From Owenia fusiformis (taxonomy: Eukaryota), in NCBI GenBank assembly GCA_903813345.2, contig CAIIXF020000001.1, positions 18,600,001 to 18,664,000 on the forward strand: a stretch of 64,000 bases of DNA, given 5' to 3'. Positions 52,063 to 64,000 of the stretch are shown in pieces. How positions within the stretch are numbered: position 1 is the stretch's first letter; the number at the start of each line of letters is the position of its first letter. The position numbers and the translations under genes are program-made. A model generated the notes under the pieces. It saw only the letters and a list, made by a program, of their open reading frames with translations. It made no database searches and had not been told where the DNA came from.

Positions 52063-53775
52063 TATCTTATAGCACTCAGTGACATATTAAGAATAAATGT
52101 CAATGGTACCTTATTCTTCTTAAACATGATGTCACGTAAACTAGCTTTACAGCAATACAACTGCAATACAATATATTCTGACTTTGAGCTGAGAGAAAAC
52201 CTAATTATTTTCTCATGATATGACTCCCAGGCTACTTAATCATTGATATTATCACATGATGTATGTAACTCTTCAATCACATTGTGGATGCCCTGATGAT
52301 TAATAGTAATAGAAGCAACCAAGACTAGACCAGAGTAGAGAGTAAGTTTCAATAAAAATTGTCACAATTGTACATTATTTATTTTTGTCCTCATTATTTT
52401 ATGATTGTGGCTTTTTCAATGGTTTCTCATCTTATAAAAATTTGAGGAATTCCTGAAACAGTAAGCAAAGTCTCCCATCATAACAAGTGATGGCATGTTG
52501 ATTAGTTGACCACACTTCACATATACTGACTGGGGAGATGTTGTATGTTTGTTGCCTAGTAGAAAAGAACCTATGACAAACATCTTTCATCCCTTGGATA
52601 CCAGACCATTTTTCTTTTTTTCCAGTTTTTGCCATTTTACTTCAGGTATATTAATATACATTAGTGTGGGTCAATCTGGATAATTTAGTAAAACTAACCT
52701 AATTTATGCAAATTAGATAGATTTTGCCAAAGTTAGAGCCATAAGGTTCAAGATCTTTAAAGATCCAAATATGGGCCTAAAATAACATGATATCTCTGAA
52801 TGAAGGAGCTAAGTGGATGGCAACTTGAGCCTTGTGCACAGAAAATGAAACACATATGAAAATAATTTAATCATAACTTGTGAAAAGGTGTCAATTATAA
52901 TTTTCCTTTCTGAATGATTTTATTATTTCTTACAATCACAAACAGTAATAATAGTACTCTTTAACATTTCTCATTCTTGTCTCATTGTCTTATTTTTACA
53001 TGCTGTTATTGAAAAAACCTGAAGTGTCACGAATCCCATTCATTGAATAATACGCTAGTTATTTTACTGTCAACAAATGAAATGTAATATTGATATGCAA
53101 GAGCAAGTGCCAAAGGAAAAAAGAACAAAGAGAATTACAAAACCTAGCAAGAAAAAAGAAACATCTAAGAGAGTAGTCATGATAAGGAAAACAAACCCCA
53201 ATATCCCAAATTATGATCAAACAAAAAAAATGTTTGGGCCTTCTTGGGGATGAAATGTGGACACCCCCCCCCCCCCCTTGATAGCTTCTGGATCCGCCAG
53301 TGAACATCGCCACGCCCCTCAATGTGCGAGGTGAACAAACAGCTTAATTACTGTACTTTATAAAGTTTAATTAAGCAGCTATAGTACACTTGGTACATAA
53401 CCAATAGCTCTATGAACAGACCACTGAATTCATTCTTTGCTTTACTGAACCATATAATCCCTCCTTTCATTAAGAAGTAAATGCCTTAGTGCTACACGCT
53501 TTCATGTTTTTTAAACTGTTAATAAATGGCAAACAACACTGCTGATCTGTTCTTATGGCAACTCTACATACAATTAATACATTATTCCATTAGATTAAAT
53601 AGAAAAGGAACAATGAAAGACTTAATGGTTATTCCCACAAAGATTACTCTACATTTCATATAATCTTCTGCCTTCACAATCTCTTCCATATGAGCTCCAT
53701 GCTACAATCATTCATTAAAAGGCCAATCACATTTCATATAATCTTCTGTCTTCATCATTTCTCCCTGTGAGCTCT

Positions 53776-54137
53776 TACCCTGCATGCAGAGTCTAGTAAT
53801 AAACTACCCTCTGCCTAGCATAGACTATATTACAGTTTAGTAGCCCCCCCCCCCCCCCCACCAACCACCTTTCCCCATGACAGTCTGTGCCATAAATCAT
53901 TTCAAACCTACAATGTTGATCTTTTCTCAATCAAGCAGAGAGCTAGAAGGAACACATACTAAATGCGCGCTCATTAACTATGCAATGATATCAGAGGAAA
54001 TGACCATATATAGAAAGTTGTCCATATTTCGAAGACGAACTCTGAATAGCTTGGCGTGTTCAGAGATTTATTGTAAACTGAAAGAGTGGAGTCGAAGCTC
54101 TCTTTTAAGAAGCGAAGTCGAACAAATCCAAAGGATA
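53776..54137 (+). mobile_element. 362-bp member of the TACCCT...AGGGTA family (duplicate at 60272-60628)
   Basis: 9-bp TSD GTGAGCTCT on both sides; ends shared with the 84-bp element at 24890. Confidence 0.85.
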
Positions 54138-55836
54138 GTGAGCTCTACAATCATTCAATAAAAGGCCTTCCTTACAACATCTTTGACAACTTTGAATCTA
54201 AAAATAAGCGATAAGGACCACATTGTAGCATTATATGAAAAATAAAAACATGTACATTACCAAATTTTTGTATATTTTGCTTTTGTAGTTTTACTATCAT
54301 ATGCGTTGCCTCTATCATTTTGATGTTATTTTCCAAAATTAACATGGCTGAAACTCCCTAAATTATAAAAGGCGATGGATTTACTGCACATTATTCCTAA
54401 TTATCTGAAATATATACGAAAGGGCGGGCATGTGTTTCTATTCTTCAATATACTGTTGCTATGAGGTCCTTTTATTGCTTATTTTAGATTCAAAGTTGTC
54501 AAGGAGATTATAATGAAGACTAGTTAGTGTAATATATATTGTACAGCAAAACCTGTCAAATGTCCATGATCTCAATCTTTTTGTTAACTCATATGACAAC
54601 ATTTTAACAATTTATTCAATGTCAAATATGACATCTGTACTAACAAAGCAAAAAATCAGAATTTAAAAGTTGTACTGACATCCCCAAAAAAGTCATTTCT
54701 ACACAAAGGTCATCTTAAAAAATATAAAATTATTACTACTCCAAAATCCATTTTCCCCAACGAAAAGTACTTTGTACTTAGCAATTGTTATAATGATAAA
54801 CTCCTTATTCCAGAAACATTCCTCTTACTAATCATACTGTATATTCTAACCCTGGGATACTTTGTGTCCTAGTTTTCCCCAAGCTTGTTCAAATAATATT
54901 CAGGCCATGTGCATCCTGTTTCTCTCCATCAGAAAAGCCCTATTTATTAAAAGGTGCTAGTCAGTGCACGATTACCACAGTATTTTTTACTCATTTCTAA
55001 CAATTCACACATAATTTCACACTTCCTTTCTAAAAATGAGAACTATTTGATTTTGAAGCAGAGCCATAATGCTCAAAGCATTTTCTCAGATGGATTGCAG
55101 ATATCCAGGACAGAGATGGAAGAACCAACCATGATGGTTAAATTATGATATGAATTATTAATGAGAAATATGAATCTGGGACAGTGTCTTGACATAAGTG
55201 GGGCAAACTGAAATCCTTCCATTGACATTAATTTTATCATGTCTCCAATGTGATTAAAGTATCATTAATTCTAGGTGAAGGCTTTCATGTTGGTAGGTAA
55301 TTACATTGGATTCAATTTCAATGAGATTTTTGAGGTCACTGTGACTATTAGACAACATTGGTAAATAAAAAACTAAGGCAGTGTTTATTTCGTCAGTCAT
55401 GATCCCATAAAATTTCAAATCCTAAGGTTAGTGACATCACACTTGACAGTGACCAAATCTCTGGTGTTAATTTTCCTAGAAATCAACTAAGCATTTTTGG
55501 ATAGCTTGCATGCTCACAAAATGGCGATTAGCTAATTGCCTGCCATATTTCTGCGAATGCATGTTCATGCATATGATCATGACTCATGACCTTTGAACTC
55601 GGGGACATTGACTGAGAAATTGATGTTGTCTTTTCAGTTGAGATTTTATGACCATCTAATTGCTAAAATCCAACTCTGTTGTGAGAGAAGATCGCTAGAC
55701 ACTGATGATACTGATGTAACAAAAGGCAAATAATGTTTTATGAAGTTGCGTCTGGTGAAACAGACATTGCTTAATATTCCCTTTGAGTTGCAATCATACC
55801 AAACAACAACAAATAAATGAGTCCACCAATAATTTA

Positions 55837-56622
55837 AACAAGGCACAGACGTGAACAATATCGTACCTAAAACACAGCAGTGTGACAGTGAAGAATTTAG
55901 GACGGAAAATCCAAAATGGCCACCTTAAAATTTACCCAGAATGCCCAAAAACTAATCAGTTGTTAACTTTGATATGTAGAAACATCCCTGTAAATTTCAA
56001 ATGAATCGTCAAATGGTTTGGCTGGAAACCTGTAGACAAGTCTTGAAAGTGAAGATTTTTGGACGGAAAATCCAAAATGGCCACCTTAAATTTTACCCAG
56101 AATGCCAAAAAACTATTCAGTTCTTAACTTTGATACGTAGAAACATCCCTGAAAATTTCAGATGAATCCGTCAAATGGTTTGGCTGGAAACCTGTAGACA
56201 AGTCTTGAAAGTGAAGATTTTAGGACGGAAAATCCAAAATGGCCACCTTAAGATTTACCCAGAATGCCCAAAAACTAATCAGTTCTTAACTTTGATACGT
56301 AGAAACATTCCTGAAAATTTCAGATGAATCCGTCAAATGGTTTGGCTGGAAACCTGTAGACAAGTCTTGAAAGTGAAGATTTTAGGACGGAAAATCCAAA
56401 ATGGCTACCTTAAAATTTACCCAGAATGCCCAAAAACTAATCACTTCTTAACTTTGATACGTAGAAACATTCCTGAAAATTTCAGATGAATCTGTCAAAT
56501 GGTTTGGCTGGAAACCTGTAGACAAGCTGAAAAGTGAGACGCCGACCGCCCGCCCGCCCGCCACCCGCCGCCCGCCCGTCAAGCTGACGACAATATCGTA
56601 CCTTTATTAGGTACGATAAAAA
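55837..56622. mobile_element. Helentron/HINE-like element with four internal tandem repeats of about 162 bp
   Basis: caatatcgtacct at 55856 and 56591; terminal hairpin tatcgtacct-ttatt-aggtacgata plus A-run; (GCCC)n microsatellite; repeat units at 55889, 56049, 56211 and 56373. Confidence 0.75.
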
Positions 56623-57391
56623 CACACTATCAAATATGATTCTAATAAATGACATCACAATAACTAGAACAGCTGTTTGTCTGGTTTATAATAAGTATGT
56701 ATGACCACTGAATTTCATAAATGCAAATACATGTTTTTCTGGTTTGTTTTTCATATTAGAATCGTAACAAAGACCTCTGTTCAATGATTTATGGCAAATA
56801 TATGACCACATATCTTATTCTGGCCATTGCTAAAGACCTCAATCCCTACGCGATTTCAGTCTTTTAACAATGAACAGAATAAAATTTTCGGTGATTATTA
56901 TTAGCGTGTCATAAATCATTGAATCTCGGTCTTTATTCCTTAGAGACAATTCAATATAAATAATTACATGATAATATAATTAAATCATCATAAAAAATCA
57001 CATATGATTAAATGATATTGAAGACAGAATCTAGTACTATATGCTAGAACCTTTAGTGGAATATTTGGTATGCAAAACATTTCACAGAAAAGTGTTAGTA
57101 ATAGGAAGAATGTGATTAATGAAGACTAGACTCAGTCCCATGGGTATGTAGTGCTATGTTTTTAAGGGTATAGGTATGTATAGTAGGTCTTAAACTACTG
57201 TGACTGTGATATGATCACAAATGTGGATATTTTGGGGGTAAATGGAAAGTCCTTTCTTGTACTGGGCTACAGTATCTAAATGTTCGTGAAAGTTTCTAAT
57301 ATTCCTATGCTGTAGAAATACCAAAAGACCCAGAATACTTTATGCCAAACTGGCTTATCTAATAAAAATCTTATACACTTTCTACCCTGAT

Positions 57392-57739
57392 TACCCTCAA
57401 GCAGAGTCTAGTTATAAACTACCCTCTGCCTAGTATCGACTAAATTACAGTTTAGCAGCCCTGCCCCATGACCAATGGCCGTGATAGCTCGGCTCATAAA
57501 TCATTTTATACCACACACTGACCTATTCTCAACCAATCAGCCAGCTGGAAGGAACAAGTGCTAAATGCGTGCACAATAATTATGCAATAGCGTAACAGAA
57601 AATGACCATACTTAGAAAGTTGTCCGTATTTCGATGACGAACTCTGATTTGCTCGGTGAGTTCAGATATTTGTTGAAAACTGAAAAAGTAAAGACGAAGC
57701 TGTCTTTTGAGAAATGAAGTCGAACATATGCGAAGGGTA
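57392..57739 (+). mobile_element. Older member (about 350 bp) of the TACCCT...AGGGTA family (duplicate at 63254-63609)
   Basis: Same ends; degenerate 9-bp TSD (taccctgat or caccccgat vs catcctgat). Confidence 0.75.
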
Positions 57740-60700
57740 CATCCTGATCTATATAGGATCATAGTATTGTAGGATAAGATCAACCTCCCTCATTTAAAAC
57801 TAAGCATGAGCTTACATAAGAATACAAAATTGCTTTGCAGTTCAAATTGGCACTTTAGTGAGTGAGTTCCAATTAGCATCTGTCACACATGATAAACGAC
57901 CTTTGCTAATCTGCCCTCTTGGTTCACTATGCTTCACTAGGTTCGCCAATCAAGGCAGATATGGATTAAAAGACATAATACTGCCAATTAAACAACATAG
58001 TGATCATGACCTCCAGAAGCGAAATTGCTTATTACATTAACAGTAACAATGCAATATTTTCTTTGAAGTTGTGTTTTTATCATACCACAAAAACATGATA
58101 ATCTCCACATCAACGAGCACAAACTGTGAATAAATATTCAGAATGATTCTTGCCATTTCAAAAATTATGACTAAATTGTGTCTATGATCAATCATAGAGG
58201 AATTGGATTGTGAGTCCCGAGACAGACTTTCTTTGCACTATACTATACTTCTGATACCTATCATAACTTTCAGTTTTCAGCAAGGGATATGCATGTGGCT
58301 TAAAAAGGATGGTCAAAGGAGTCAGGCCCATAGCCAGGAGGTGGGGTTTGGGTGGTTCGAGCCTATCCACCCCCTTCGCCAAAAATTCTTTCAAAATCAT
58401 GCAGTTTTTCACCATTCTGAGCACTTTTTCAGTGATTTTGGGCCAAAGTTGTCTAAAGTGAATCTATCCTTGGCCTAGTCAAGCAAACCCCTCAGCCCTA
58501 TCCAGTAGAAATCTCCTTCTCTAGTCCCTACCCTTGGCCTAGTCAAACAAACCACTCACCCCTATCTATCTTATAGCACTCAGTGACATATTAAGAATAA
58601 ATGTCAATGGTACCTTATTCTTCATAAACATGATGTCACGTAAACTAGCTTTACAGCAATACAACTGCAATACAATATATTCTGACTTTGAGCTGAGAGA
58701 AAACCTAATTATTTTCTCATGATATGACTCCCAGGCTACTTAATCATTGATATTATCACATGATGTATGTAACTCTTCAATCACATTGTGGCTGCCCTGA
58801 TGATTAATAGTAATAGAAGCAACCAAGACTAGACCAGAGTAGAGAGTAAGTTTCAATAAAAATTGTCACAATTGTACATTATTTATTTTTGTCCTTATTA
58901 TTTTATGATTGTGGCTGTTTCAATGGTTTCTCATCTTATAAAAATTTGAGGAATTCCTGAAACAGTAAGCAAAGTCTCCCATCATAACAAGTGATGGCAT
59001 GTTGATTAAGGTGACCACACTTCACATATACTGACTGGGGAGATGTTGTATGTTTGTTGCCTAGTAGAAAAGAACCTATGACAACCATCTTTCATCCCTT
59101 GGATATCAGAGCATTTTTCTTTTTTTCCAGTTTTTGCCATTTTACTACAGGTTTATTAATATACATTAGTGTGGGGTCCAATCTGGATAATTTAGTAAAA
59201 CTAACCTAATTCATGCAAATTAGATAGATTTTGCCAAAGTTAGAGCCATTTTGGGAAAAAGGTTCAAGATGTTTAAAGATCCAAATATGGGCCTACAATA
59301 ACATGATATCTCTGAATAAAGGAGCTAAGTGGATGACACCTTGAGCCTTGTGCACAGAGAATGAAACATATGAGAATAATTTAATCATAACTTGTAACGA
59401 AAAGGTGTCAATTATAATTTTCCTTTCTGAATGATTTTATTATTTCTTACAATCACAAACAGTAATAATAGTACTCTTTAACATTACTCATTCTTGTCTC
59501 ATTGTCTTATTTTTACATGCTGTTATTGAAAAAACCTGAAGTATCATGAATCCCATTCATTGAATAATACGCTAGTTATTTTACTGTCAACAAAAGAAAT
59601 GTAATATATGATATGCAAGAGCAAGTGCCAAAGGGGAAAAGAACAAAGAGAATTACAAAACCTAGCAAGAAAAAAGAAACATCTAAGAGAGTAGTCATGA
59701 TAAGGAAAAAATCCCCAATAACCCAGATACTGATCAAACCAAAAAAAAATTTTTGGGCCTTTCTGGGGATGAAATGTGGACAACCCCCCCCCCCCCCCTT
59801 GATAGCTTCTGGATCCGCCAGTGAACATCGCCACGCCCCTCAATATACGAGGTGAACAATAAAGTTTAATTAAGCAGCTATAGTACACTTGATACATAAC
59901 CAATAGCTCTATGAACAGACCACTGAATTCATTCTTAGCTTCACTGAGCCATATAATCCCTCCTTTCATTAAGAAGTAAATGCCTTAGTGCTACACGCTT
60001 TCATGTTTTTTAAACTGTTAATAAATGACAAACAACACTGCTGATCTGTTCTTATGGCAACTCTACATACAATTAATACATTATTCCATTGGATTAAATA
60101 GAAAAGGAACAATGAAAGACTTAATGGTTATTCCCACAAAGATTACTCTACATTTCATATAATCTTCTGCCTTCACAATCTCTTCCATATGAGCTCCATG
60201 CTACAATTCATTAAAAGGCCAATCACATTTCATATAATCTTCTGCCTTCATCATTTCTCCCTGTGTGCTCTTACCCTGCATGCAGAGTCTAGTAATAAAC
60301 TACCCTCTGCCTAGCATACACTATATTACAGTTTAGTAGCCCCCCCCCCCACCCACGACCTTTGCCCACGACAGTCTGTGCCATAAATCATTTCAAACCT
60401 ACAATGTTGATCTTTTCTCAATCAAGCAGAGAGCTGGAAGGAACACATACTAAATGCGCGCTCATTAACTATGCGATGATATCAGAGGAAATGACCATAT
60501 ATAGAAAGTTGTCCATATTTCGACGACGAACTCTGAATAGCTTGGCGTGTTCAGAGATTTATTGTAAACTGAAAGAGTGGAGTCGAAGCTCTCTTTTAAG
60601 AAGCGAAGTCGAACAAATCCAAAGGATAGTGAGCTTTACAATCATTCAATAAAAGGCCTTCCTTACAACATCTTTGACAACTTTGAATCTAAAAATAAGC

Positions 60701-60746
60701 GATAAGGACCACATTGTAACATTATATGACAAAATAAAAACATGTA

Positions 60747-61066
60747 CAGTGCTCACCATAAATAAATGACACCAGAATTTGCTAAGGTGAGGATTTCCCA
60801 TGTGAAAAAGAAGAGAATTTACAAGAGGGTTGAGGGGTTGGCTTGACCAGGCCAAGGGTAGTGACTAGAGGAGGTGATTTTGCTAAATAGGGCTGTAGGT
60901 TTTGCTTGACCAGGCCAAGGGTAGTGACTAGAGGAGGTGATTTTGCTAGATAGGGCTGTGGGTTTTGCTTGACAGGTCAAGGATAGTGGCTAGAGGAGGT
61001 GACTAAAATCTCCATTGTCTTGAAATGGTGATAGAAAATCCAGGTGTCATTTATTTATGGTGAGCA
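60747..61066. mobile_element. Tc1/mariner-type MITE carrying inverted units of the 62-bp satellite
   Basis: TA|CAGTGCTCACCATAAATAAATGACACC ... GGTGTCATTTATTTATGGTGAGCA; right tip missing; absent from duplication copy 1. Confidence 0.75.
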
Positions 61067-61660
61067 AAAAAAATAAAAATAAATAATATCATATGTGTTG
61101 CCTCTATCATTTTGATGTTATTTTCCAAAATTAACATGGCTGAAACTCCCTAAATTATAAAAGGCGATGGATTTACTGCACATTATTCCTAATTATCTGA
61201 AATATATACAAAAGGGCGGGCATGTGTTTCTATTCTTCAATATACTGTTGCTATGAGGTCATTTTATTGCTTATTTTAGATTCAAAGTTGTCAAGGAGAT
61301 TATAATGAAGACTAGTTAGTGTAATATATATTGTACAGCAAAACCTGTCAAATGTCCATGATCTCAATCTTTTTGTTAACTCATATGACAACATTTTAAC
61401 AATTTATTCAATGTCAAATATGACACCTCTACTAACAAGGCAAAAAATCAAAATTTAAAAGTTGTACTGACATCCCCAAAAAAGTCATTTCTACACAAAG
61501 GTCATCTTGAAAAATAAAATTATTACTACTCAAAAATCCATTTTCCCCAACAAAAAGTACTTTGTACTTAGCAAGTTGTTATAATGATAAGTTCCTTATT
61601 CCAGAGACATTTTTCTTACTAATAATACTGTATATTTCTAACCCTGGGATACATTGTGTC

Positions 61661-61739
61661 TACCCTTTGCATTCGTTTGACTTCACTTCTTAAAAGAGAG
61701 CTTCGTCTTGTATTTTAACTAGACTCTGCACGCAGGGTA
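61661..61739 (-). mobile_element. 79-bp micro-element, TACCCT...AGGGTA family
   Basis: Perfect 9-bp TSD CATTGTGTC; the paralogous site near 54860 is empty. Confidence 0.9.
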
Positions 61740-64000
61740 CATTGTGTCCTATTTTCCCCAAGCTTGTTCAAATAATATTCAGGCCATGTGCATCCTGCTT
61801 AACTCTCCATCAGGAAAATCCTATTTATTACATGGTTTTAGTCACTGCACGATTACCACAGTATTTTTTACTCATTTCTAACAATTCACGCATAATTTCA
61901 CACCTTCTTTCTAAAAATGAGAACTATTTGATTTTGAAGCAGAGCCATAATGCTCAAAGCATTTTCTCAGATGGATTGCAGATATCCAGGACAGAGATGG
62001 AAGAACCAACCATGATGGTTAAATTATGATATGAATTATTAATGAGATATATGAATCTGGGACAGTATCTTGACATAAGTGGGGCAAACTGAAATCCTTC
62101 CATTGACATTAATTTTATCATGTCTCCAATGTGATTAAAGTATCATTAATTCTAGGTGAAGGCTTTCATGTTGGTAGGTAATTACATTGGATTCAATTTC
62201 AATGAGATTTTTGAGGTCACTGTGACTATTAGACAACATTGGTAAATAAAAAACTAAGGCAGTGTTTAATTCTTCAGTCAGGATCCCATAAAATTTCATG
62301 TCCTAAGGTTAGTGACATCACACTTGACAGTGACCAAATCTCTGGTGTTAACTTTCTGAGAATTCAACTAAGCATTTTTGGATAGTTTGCTCACAAAACG
62401 ATGATGAACTAATTGCCTGCCATATTTCTGTGAATGCATGTTCATGCATATGATCATGACTCATGACCTTTGAACTTGGGGACATTGACTGAGAAATTGA
62501 TGTTGTCTTTTCTTTTCAATTAACTAGAACAGTTGATTGTCTGGTTTATAATCAGTATGTTTGACCACTGAATTCCATAAATGCAAATATATGTTCTTCT
62601 GGTTTGTTTTTCATATTAGAATCGTAAAAAGACCTCTGTTCAATGATTTATGGCAAATATATGACCACAGATCTTATTCTGGCCATTGCTAAAGACCTCA
62701 ATCCCTACGCGATTTCAGTCTTTTAACAATGAACAGAAGAACATTTTCATTGATATATTAGCGTGTCATAAATCATTGAATCTCAGTCTTTATTCCTTAG
62801 AGACAATTCAATATAAATAATTACATGATAATATAATTAGATCATCATAAAAAATCACATATGATTAACTGATATTGACGACAGAACCTAGTACTATATC
62901 CTAGTTCTTTTAGTGGAATATTTGGTATGCAAAACATTTCACAGAAAAGTGTTAAGAATAGGAAGAATGTGATTAATGAAGACTAGACTCAGTCCCATGG
63001 GTATGTAGTGCTATGTTTTTAAGGGTATAGGTATGTATAGTAGGTCTTCAACCACTATGACTGTGATATGATATTATCACAAATGTGGATATTTTGGGGG
63101 TAAATGGAGGGTCGTTTCTTGTGCTGGGCTACAATGTCTAAATGTTCATAAAAGTTTATATTATTCCTATGCTGTAGAAATACCAAAAGACTCAAAATAC
63201 TTTATGTCAAACTGGTTTATCTAATAAAAATCGTATACAATTTCCACCCCGATTACCCTCAAGCAGTCTAGTTATAAACTACCCTGTGCCTAGTATCGAC
63301 TATATTACAGTTTAGCAGCCCCGCCCCATGACAAATGCCTGTGATAGCTCGGGTCATAAATCATTTTACACTACAACACACTGACCTATTCTCAACCAAT
63401 CAGCCAGCTGGAAGGAACAAGTGCTAAATGCGTGTACAATAATTATGCAATAACGTCAGAGATTATAACCAATAACCATACTTAGAAAGTTGTCAGTATT
63501 TCGACGACGAACTCTGATTTGCTCGGTGAGTTCAGAGATTTATTGAAAACTGAAAAAGTGAAGACGAAGCTGTCTTTTGAGAAACAAAGTCGAACATATG
63601 CAAAGGGTACATCCTGATCCATATAATACCATAGTATTGTAGGATAAAATCAACCCCCCTCATTTAAAACTAAGCATGAGCTTACATAAGAATACAAAAT
63701 TGCTTTGCGGTTCAAATTGGCACTTTAGTGAGTGAGTTCCAATTAGCATCTGTCACACATGATAAACGACCTTTGCTAATCTGCCCTCTTGGTTCACTAT
63801 GCTTCACTAGGTTCGCCAATCAAGGCAGATATGGATTAAAAGACATAATACTGGCAATTAAACAACATAGTGATCATGACCTTCAGAAGCAAAATTGCTT
63901 ATTACAACATAAACAGTAACAATGCAATATTTTCTTTGAAGTTGTGTTTTTATTATACCACAAAAACATGATAATCTCCACATCAACGAGCACAAACCGT

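Larger units (their letters stand above)
52024..58127 (+). repeat. Tandem segmental duplication, copy 1
   Basis: Colinear and highly similar to 58528-64000; paired ORFs 53877/60362, 54954/61742 and 57858/63728. Confidence 0.95.
58528..64000 (+). repeat. Tandem segmental duplication, copy 2 (runs off the window)
   Basis: The window end catcaacgagcacaaaccgt matches 58108-58127; lacks about 55637-56660; has extra insertions at 60747 and 61661. Confidence 0.95.

Noticed and set aside
53877-54161. Duplicated 94-96 aa ORF (also 60362-60652)
   Set aside because: It lies inside the TACCCT-family MITE and is repeated only because of the segmental duplication.

Overview
This is AT-rich eukaryotic (animal, probably marine invertebrate) genomic DNA, not prokaryotic. 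Most entries in the ORF track are noise or exon fragments. The main feature is one minus-strand spliced gene. I assembled 25 GT-AG exons by hand (48393 down to the stop at 3910); they give 2602 nt, about 866 aa, with consistent phases, and the 5' end was not found. The protein has an acidic region, then a UBE2Q-like E2 fold that appears to lack the catalytic Cys, then a BIRC6/BRUCE-type C-terminal module (YWAKG motif, helical region, intact UBC with KVCLSLL). Two splicing oddities stand out. A 5.4-kb, 52-bp satellite is built from about 100 copies of one exon's 3' splice site. A separate exon begins with GTAAGT and so regenerates the upstream donor. The introns are packed with nested non-autonomous DNA transposons, many with readable TIRs and TSDs: hAT, piggyBac-like, two Academ-type, one Transib/RAG-like, Tc1/mariner MITEs, a 9-bp-TSD micro-element family and Helentron/HINE-like elements. 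There are several further minisatellites and a tandem segmental duplication of about 6 kb at 52-64 kb. Homology calls come from remembered motifs and were not searched.
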